64,000 bases of DNA. It comes from an uncultured virus (IMG/VR IMGVR_UViG_3300014160_000002). Taxonomy: Duplodnaviria > Heunggongvirae > Uroviricota > Caudoviricetes. Numbering within the stretch: position 1 is the first letter of the stretch; every line of letters begins with the position of its first letter. Positions 58,978-64,000 of this stretch are shown here, piece after piece. The stretch covers positions 1 to 64,000 of IMG/VR virus record IMGVR_UViG_3300014160_000002; one strand, given 5' to 3'. The translations under genes were made by a program, and so were the position numbers. The notes beneath the pieces are model-generated. The model was not told the origin of the DNA. It saw nothing but the letters and a program-made list of their open reading frames with translations, and made no database searches.

Positions 58978-59475
58978 ATGGGGAACATCTTAGCGGTGCA
59001 GTTGGGAGAATGGCAGGAGTTGTCGGATGGCGTAGTTGACACCGGCTATCGTGTCGTTCTCTCTACGCAACGTGTCCAGATGAATGTTCAGACCACCACT
59101 TTTTGGGGACAACAGATTCTCATGGCGACTGGCTCCCCATGGGGGGTGGGAACCGTGGACATTGGCTCCCTTTCGGTCATCGCCCAGTTTAACCTGTTCC
59201 TCAATCAGTTCGTAGGCAAGCGCCGGGGATGGGGACAGTTCGTCAATGTTCCTTACAACCCGTCCTATTACCTCGCCCGCACCTACGTCATCGCCGTCCC
59301 CGAGGCCGAGCCGCCCGAGTCTGCCGGTCCTATGATTCTGCTTGCCAGCGGCTATGACCCCCTCAAGGGTTGGTGGTTGACCTTCAAGGGGAACTTCCGC
59401 CTGCACATCCCCATCTTCCAAGATTTCTGTCCGGTGGAGAACCAGACCCCAGATTATAGCATAAAAGTTAAATAA
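58978..59475 (+). CDS. Hypothetical protein
   Basis: AGGAG SD; 165 aa. Confidence 0.65.
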   Translation: MGNILAVQLGEWQELSDGVVDTGYRVVLSTQRVQMNVQTTTFWGQQILMATGSPWGVGTVDIGSLSVIAQFNLFLNQFVGKRRGWGQFVNVPYNPSYYLARTYVIAVPEAEPPESAGPMILLASGYDPLKGWWLTFKGNFRLHIPIFQDFCPVENQTPDYSIKVK

Positions 59476-59646
59476 ATCGAGTATTGTTCCTCATGGTGAT
59501 AAATTGGGGGAAGACTCTTTCCGGGGCTATGTTCGTCATGTCGATTGCGGCGAGCATCGCCTATTTTTGTGCCAAGGATTACCGCAAGGGCACTTACTGG
59601 TTAGGGTCCTCCATTCTTATCGCCTCTTTGACATTTTAGGGGGAAT

Positions 59647-59970
59647 ATGGCACTCGAATTTTCACCCAATTGGACCGCTACCGGCAAGCACCTGAAATTC
59701 TCTTATCTCGGACCCAGTCCCAGCGGGAAGACGGGAATTTTCGGCGTCTTCTCTTCTCATAACGAGAACTATCTCGGCACCGTGGAGTACTACGCCTCAT
59801 GGCGGCAGTACAACTTTAATCCCGAGACGGGCACCACTTATGCCGCCAGTTGTCTCCGGGACCTTGCTGATTTCTGCGAGCACTGGACCAAGGAGCAAAA
59901 GGAGATGCATGAAGGATTCCCCGCTATTTCGCTTCGAGCGGACCGTGGTGATGACGGCAACGGTGCTTAG
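59647..59970 (+). CDS. Hypothetical phage protein
   Basis: AGGGGG SD; LGTVEYYASWRQYNF...CLRDLADF. Confidence 0.65.
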   Translation: MALEFSPNWTATGKHLKFSYLGPSPSGKTGIFGVFSSHNENYLGTVEYYASWRQYNFNPETGTTYAASCLRDLADFCEHWTKEQKEMHEGFPAISLRADRGDDGNGA

Positions 59971-60112
59971 TTTTTGGTACATCGACGTATCCACTTGGAT
60001 TAACGGCATCACCGAAATGGGTCCGGCATGGTGGGATTTCTGTGGCCTCGCCCTCGTGTTCTGTGGTTGGTGTTTGTACGTGGAAAGAACTTTGGAGAAG
60101 GAGAAACCATGA
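59909..60112 (+). CDS. Small membrane protein
   Basis: AGGAG SD; two hydrophobic segments; ATGA overlap with the next gene. Confidence 0.55.
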   Translation: MKDSPLFRFERTVVMTATVLSFWYIDVSTWINGITEMGPAWWDFCGLALVFCGWCLYVERTLEKEKP

Positions 60113-60714
60113 GAATTTTCCTGATTTGCCCCGTGCGGTACGCAAGCCCCGAGCAGACGGAGATGATAGCAAAGTACGTTGCCTTCCAAGAGAAGGTGGA
60201 GGGCAACACCGTACACTGGCCTGCCCGTGACACACTGCAAACCCAAGATACCCTCAAGATTTGTGAGGACAACCGCTTCGCCATGGAGCATTCCGATGAA
60301 GTCCATATTTGGTATGATTACGAGAGTCAAGGAAGCGTGTTTGACATCGGCATGGCGTTCGTATACAAAAAGCCGGTCCTCATCGTGAACCGGGGGGACG
60401 TTAAGGCTACGGATAGCAAGTCCGTGAACAACCTTCTCCTGTCCCTTGACCGGCAGGCACGGGATTTGAAAAAGCCTGTGGAGACTCCGCCCGAGAGCCG
60501 GATACCGCCTTACCACGTGCGTTATCCCAACGGTCATGGGATGCGGTCAGAAAGTGACATGTACGGGTACAAGGACCCGACGCCCGACGTTACCTTCCCG
60601 GATATTCCCGTCGCTCCCTTTGAGTCGGAGATTGAGGATGAACTGCGGGGGATGCCTGCCGATGAAATGCCCGGACAGGATGCGGCGGCTTTTCCTGTTG
60701 GAAGTGGAGGATAA
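60109..60714 (+). CDS. Nucleoside 2-deoxyribosyltransferase-like protein
   Basis: IFLICPVR, VHWPARD, SDEVHIW, SQGSVFDIGMA, KKPV. Confidence 0.7.
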   Translation: MRIFLICPVRYASPEQTEMIAKYVAFQEKVEGNTVHWPARDTLQTQDTLKICEDNRFAMEHSDEVHIWYDYESQGSVFDIGMAFVYKKPVLIVNRGDVKATDSKSVNNLLLSLDRQARDLKKPVETPPESRIPPYHVRYPNGHGMRSESDMYGYKDPTPDVTFPDIPVAPFESEIEDELRGMPADEMPGQDAAAFPVGSGG

Positions 60715-60715
60715 C

Positions 60716-61165
60716 ATGAAAGTCTGGACACTCCGGGAGCCATGGGCAAGTATGGTGGTTCTCGGAGAGAAGAAGTGGGAAACCCGCAGCCGACCCAACC
60801 GCAAGATTGTGGGGCAAACCGTGGGCATCCATGCCTCGGCGCATCACTTCAAGGATTTTCTTGACTCCGATGGGTGTTTCATAGAGCCATTCTTGACTCG
60901 CTTTGCCATGCACGACGTGGACCCGGATATGCTCCGCCTCGGCTGCATCATCGGCACCGTGGATGTGGAAACTTGCCAGCCGGTGGAGGAGGTCGCCCCG
61001 GCGCTGGATTACGTGCAGTACAGCCTCGGGGACTGGTCTACGGGTAGGTATTGCTTCCGGCTGGCGCATCCTCGAATGATTGAGCCGGTGGAAGCCAAGG
61101 GAGCGCTGTGTTTGTGGGAGTGGGATGCTAAGGACCTTCACTACAATGGATACCCAAACCCTTAG
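60716..61165 (+). CDS. ASCH domain protein
   Basis: TLREPWASMVVLGEKKWETRS, GIHAS, GCIIGTV, KGALCLWEW. Confidence 0.9.
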   Translation: MKVWTLREPWASMVVLGEKKWETRSRPNRKIVGQTVGIHASAHHFKDFLDSDGCFIEPFLTRFAMHDVDPDMLRLGCIIGTVDVETCQPVEEVAPALDYVQYSLGDWSTGRYCFRLAHPRMIEPVEAKGALCLWEWDAKDLHYNGYPNP

Positions 61166-61175
61166 TGAGGAGAAT

Positions 61176-61904
61176 ATGCCCACCTTTAACTTTAAGTCGT
61201 CCTTTTTGAAGAAACCCGCCGCCTTGGCTCGTCGCCCGGATTACATGTCAACCTCTGAACCGAAGGAAGCTACTGGATTGGGGTTTGGTGACCCGCAATC
61301 GGATAAACAGCGGCTCATGGAAGAGGTATCCCGGTACAAGGCACTTTTGGCTAAGACAAAAGACATTCAGGAATCAAAAGATTTAGCATTCAAGCTCTCA
61401 TTGGCTGAGGCAAAGTTGAAATTGCTGAACCAGAAACAGGCCGCTGCTGGGTCCGCCCCGAGGGAGTATCCGGTAAAGAAAGACAAAGAGGGATTCTGGT
61501 ACGTCATGGGCCTGCCCGGCGAGGAGCTTTCCGAGGGAATGAAGGATGCTCCCGTGGTCCCCACCCCCAACACGTGGCTGAACGTCCACAACGAAGTCAA
61601 GGGGCTGGAACTGGCGGAGCAGCTTTATCGAGAGCTTTACGCCACATTTCAGACCAACGACAACCTTCGGGAGGGCGATGTATTCAGCACCCCCGTGGGC
61701 AAGTTTATCTGTCAGGGAGTGGATGTTCTTCCCTATGACGAACCGGCCAAACGCATCATTGGCGAGGTGGATGACAGCTACAAATGTGGCAACTGCGACT
61801 GTGACCAAGGGGAGCACCGGAAGAAGTTCGATGATAACGGCTATCCCTATTACGGCGAATGCACCCAGCACCCGGAGTGTAAGGAATATGTGAAGCGAGG
61901 ATAA
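61176..61904 (+). CDS. Hypothetical protein with C-terminal Cys/His cluster
   Basis: GAGGAG SD; CGNCDC...H...C...C. Confidence 0.65.
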   Translation: MPTFNFKSSFLKKPAALARRPDYMSTSEPKEATGLGFGDPQSDKQRLMEEVSRYKALLAKTKDIQESKDLAFKLSLAEAKLKLLNQKQAAAGSAPREYPVKKDKEGFWYVMGLPGEELSEGMKDAPVVPTPNTWLNVHNEVKGLELAEQLYRELYATFQTNDNLREGDVFSTPVGKFICQGVDVLPYDEPAKRIIGEVDDSYKCGNCDCDQGEHRKKFDDNGYPYYGECTQHPECKEYVKRG

Positions 61905-61951
61905 TCTCCGCTAAATCGTCCATGCGTGGTATACTGTAAGTGGGGGGTACT

Positions 61952-62188
61952 ATGGACGACCTGACGAAAAAGTTGAAGGAAGAGTCTGAGAAACTTGCGG
62001 AAGAATACTTCCGTCACCCTAGCCCCATGGATTATATGGTGGTTAACAGCATTTTGGTGCGGGGATTTATCATGGGATGCAACCATGCCAAGGGAATTTT
62101 TTACCCGAAACCACCCGCTTCCGTGCCGGTTGAGGGGACCTTGGAAAAGGCTTTGTCGGCTTTTTGCGATGCTTGGGAAAAGAAATAA
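61952..62188 (+). CDS. Hypothetical protein
   Basis: TGGTATACT box and GGGGGG SD upstream. Confidence 0.55.
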   Translation: MDDLTKKLKEESEKLAEEYFRHPSPMDYMVVNSILVRGFIMGCNHAKGIFYPKPPASVPVEGTLEKALSAFCDAWEKK

Positions 62189-62189
62189 C

Positions 62190-62225
62190 TGCAAAAAACC
62201 GACTACCGGTGGTATTATATAGAAG
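62190..62225 (+). promoter_or_regulatory. Promoter of tRNA array 2
   Basis: ACTACCGGTGGTATTATATAGAAG, near-copy of the array 1 promoter. Confidence 0.7.
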
Positions 62226-62411
62226 GAGGGAGCTACGGCTCTACTCCTAACCGGGAACCTGCTTGTCCCCGAAAAATGGCTGGTCTTAAAAGGGCCTCCC
62301 GTTAGGTTAGACCCCGAAGCGGACTCGGACAAGGTCCCGGCGAATTACAGCAGATATACCCATCCGGGGTGGACGCTAGGCGACCGCCCCGGACATTCAA
62401 AGAGAAGCGCA

Positions 62412-62486
62412 ATGTTGACTATCACCATGCCGCACACACAAACGCAAACTACGATTAGTTCAGGCGGCGGAGCCTGCTTGGCATAA
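62412..62486 (+). CDS. Putative attenuator leader peptide 2 (MLTITMPHTQTQTTISSGGGACLA)
   Basis: 24-codon Thr/Ile/Gln-rich ORF overlapping the antiterminator arm. Confidence 0.7.
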   Translation: MLTITMPHTQTQTTISSGGGACLA

Positions 62487-62509
62487 CAAAGACCAAGCCG
62501 AGACTCAGC

Positions 62510-62538
62510 AGCCGCCCAAAAGGCGGCTTTCGTGTTTT
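62510..62538 (+). terminator. Intrinsic terminator (attenuator) upstream of tRNA array 2
   Basis: AGCCGCC-CAAAA-GGCGGCT followed by TTCGTGTTTT. Confidence 0.75.
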
Positions 62539-62552
62539 ATGGGGGTTTTTTG

Positions 62553-62915
62553 ATGGCGAAGTTTGAACAGCATTGCACGGACTGTCAAATCATCCTCGGC
62601 AAGAAGTATGAGGATGTCAACCGGTGGGTCGATGGGTTGTTTTGGAAGTTCGGTCCCCGGCACCGCAGGATGCGCCACAACCTGCATGGTGTGAGAGAGG
62701 CGCAGAAGTTGTTCGGCCCGGATGGAGCGAAAGCGGCTATTGTTCACATCGTCCGGGATATGGGAAAGGTTCCGCATGAGCGGGATTACGATAGGGTCCC
62801 CGAGGGAGTGGAAATCTTCCCCGGCTTCTGTGACCCACCGCTTGGATTTGTGCAGCACTTTGCGTTGTTCCGTGCCGCCGCCGAAGCGGAGATAGAGCGA
62901 ATCTTAGGCGGGTAG
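62553..62915 (+). CDS. Hypothetical His-rich phage protein (HRRMRH...H motif)
   Basis: EQHC, WVD, HRRMRHN, HIVRD; stop codon overlaps the 5' end of tRNA-Ile. Confidence 0.7.
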   Translation: MAKFEQHCTDCQIILGKKYEDVNRWVDGLFWKFGPRHRRMRHNLHGVREAQKLFGPDGAKAAIVHIVRDMGKVPHERDYDRVPEGVEIFPGFCDPPLGFVQHFALFRAAAEAEIERILGG

Positions 62916-62981
62916 CTCAGCGATACGAGCAATCGGCTGATAACCGATAGGTCGAGGGTTTGACTCCCTCTCCGCCTACCA
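62906..62981 (+). tRNA. tRNA-Ile(GAT)
   Basis: ATCGG-CTGATAA-CCGAT; A73; CCA end. Confidence 0.92.
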
Positions 62982-63036
62982 TTTTGATACGGTGTACCGC
63001 ATAGATAGGGTTTATGCGGTCAGCCGTATAAGTCAT

Positions 63037-63111
63037 GGCACCGTCGTCCAGCGGCTAGGACCTCCGCCCGATTAGCGGAAGACCCCGGTTCGAGTCCGAG
63101 CGGGGCTACCA
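63037..63111 (+). tRNA. Atypical tRNA with GAT anticodon on a Glu-like body
   Basis: D arm GTCC-AGCGGCTA-GGAC, TCCGC-CCGATTA-GCGGA, T loop TTCGAGT, CCA end. Confidence 0.7.
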
Positions 63112-63314
63112 TTTGAATGCCTGTTGACCGGGAGTTTTCCGGCTCAATGCAGCAGGTCCCGAGTGGGTTCATGATTCGTGCAAAGGCAGGTCATGGATTC
63201 CGGGAACCGGGGAGACCCGAGAAACCTGTTACCTTGTTCCTTGCCGGGCATTCATCAGTTAGCTCATCCACCAAGTGTGGAAAGAGTTGGGACCGTCCTC
63301 GTGATGGTCCTTAT

Positions 63315-63390
63315 GCTACTGTAGCTCAATTGGCGGAGCGCCGGTCTCGTACACCGGAGGTTGCAGGTTCGACGCCTGTCAGTAGCTCCA
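63315..63390 (+). tRNA. tRNA-Thr(CGT)
   Basis: CCGGT-CTCGTAC-ACCGG; CCA end. Confidence 0.93.
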
Positions 63391-63450
63391 AGTTTTAGGT
63401 ATCGTATAATGGACCTTATCTCGGATAACGTCCATTATATTGAACCTTAA

Positions 63451-63526
63451 GCTGCCGTGGCGCAGTTGGTAGCGCACCTGCTTGGTAAGCAGGGGGTCGG
63501 GAGTTCGAGCCTCCCCGGTAGCTCCA
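63451..63526 (+). tRNA. tRNA-Thr(GGT)
   Basis: CCTGC-TTGGTAA-GCAGG; CCA end. Confidence 0.93.
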
Positions 63527-63532
63527 TTTTAA

Positions 63533-63607
63533 GCCGCAGTAGGCCAGTGGTAGACGGCATCCTTGGTAAGGATGAGGACGTGGGTTCGATTCCCACTTGC
63601 GGCTCCA
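63533..63607 (+). tRNA. tRNA-Thr(GGT)
   Basis: CATCC-TTGGTAA-GGATG; CCA end. Confidence 0.9.
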
Positions 63608-63611
63608 GTTT

Positions 63612-63693
63612 GCTACCGTGGCACAGCGGCGACTGCACCTGCCTTGTAAGCAGGCATATCACAACGGGGGTTCGAGTCCCTTCGGTAGCTCCA
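63612..63693 (+). tRNA. tRNA-Thr(TGT) with enlarged variable loop
   Basis: CCTGC-CTTGTAA-GCAGG; CCA end. Confidence 0.88.
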
Positions 63694-63735
63694 GTTTCCA
63701 AACGCACAGTTTTTGATGCGTTTGATGAATATCAT

Positions 63736-63810
63736 TCCAGAGTCGTCTAACGGTCGGACATGCGGCTTTGAACCGCAGAATGAGAGGTTCGATTCCTCCC
63801 TCTGGAACCA
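63736..63810 (+). tRNA. tRNA-Gln(TTG)
   Basis: TGCGG-CTTTGAA-CCGCA; CCA end. Confidence 0.9.
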
Positions 63811-63816
63811 AGTTAT

Positions 63817-63890
63817 TCCGGGGTCGTCTAATGTTAGGATAGGTGGTTTTGACCCATCAGATAGGGGTTAGAGTCCTCTCCCCGGAGCCA
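63817..63890 (+). tRNA. tRNA-Gln(TTG)
   Basis: GGTGG-TTTTGAC-CCATC; CCA end. Confidence 0.85.
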
Positions 63891-63932
63891 AGAAATCTCC
63901 CATCGTGAGTATCTAATGGTGTGGAGGTTCAC

Positions 63933-64000
63933 ATGAACAAGCTCTCAAAGTTTATTGCAGCGTTAGTACTGGTACTTGCGGTCAGTGCCCCGGCTTCGGC
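63933..64000 (+). CDS. Start of a signal-peptide-bearing protein (truncated by the window)
   Basis: GGAGG SD; MNKLSKFIAALVLVLAVSAPAS. Confidence 0.6.
   Translation, partial: MNKLSKFIAALVLVLAVSAPAS

Noticed and set aside
1..64000. Stop-codon recoding (genetic code 15 or 4)
   Set aside because: Long genes are intact in the standard code, TAA, TAG and TGA all act as stops, and no suppressor tRNA was seen.
1..64000. CRISPR array
   Set aside because: No identical 25-45 bp repeats with unique spacers; the repeats seen are collagen-coding, iteron-like or tRNA.

Overview
A 64 kb segment of a large tailed (jumbo-type, contractile-tail) bacteriophage genome read with the standard genetic code. The left part (1-17.5 kb, mostly minus strand) holds a collagen-like protein, accessory enzymes, class II ribonucleotide reductase, a replication initiator with an internal 11-bp iteron array and a DnaB-like helicase. 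It also carries an RNA island: RNase P RNA, tmRNA, 17 tRNAs and several unassigned structured RNAs. The middle (17.6-59.5 kb, mostly plus strand) is a tail/baseplate module with tape measure, lytic transglycosylase, hub, spike, Ig-repeat protein, gp25- and J-like wedge proteins, lysozyme, a GIY-YIG endonuclease and a multi-domain Nudix polyprotein. The right end starts a second tRNA array. The main finding is that both tRNA arrays sit behind near-identical promoters and a short leader ORF overlapping an antiterminator/terminator pair. The codons of each leader match the anticodons of the array behind it (14 of 15 consecutive codons in array 1). This looks like a ribosome-dependent attenuator that switches on phage tRNA arrays when the matching host tRNAs fail. 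All protein calls come from motif recognition by eye; no database searches were run.
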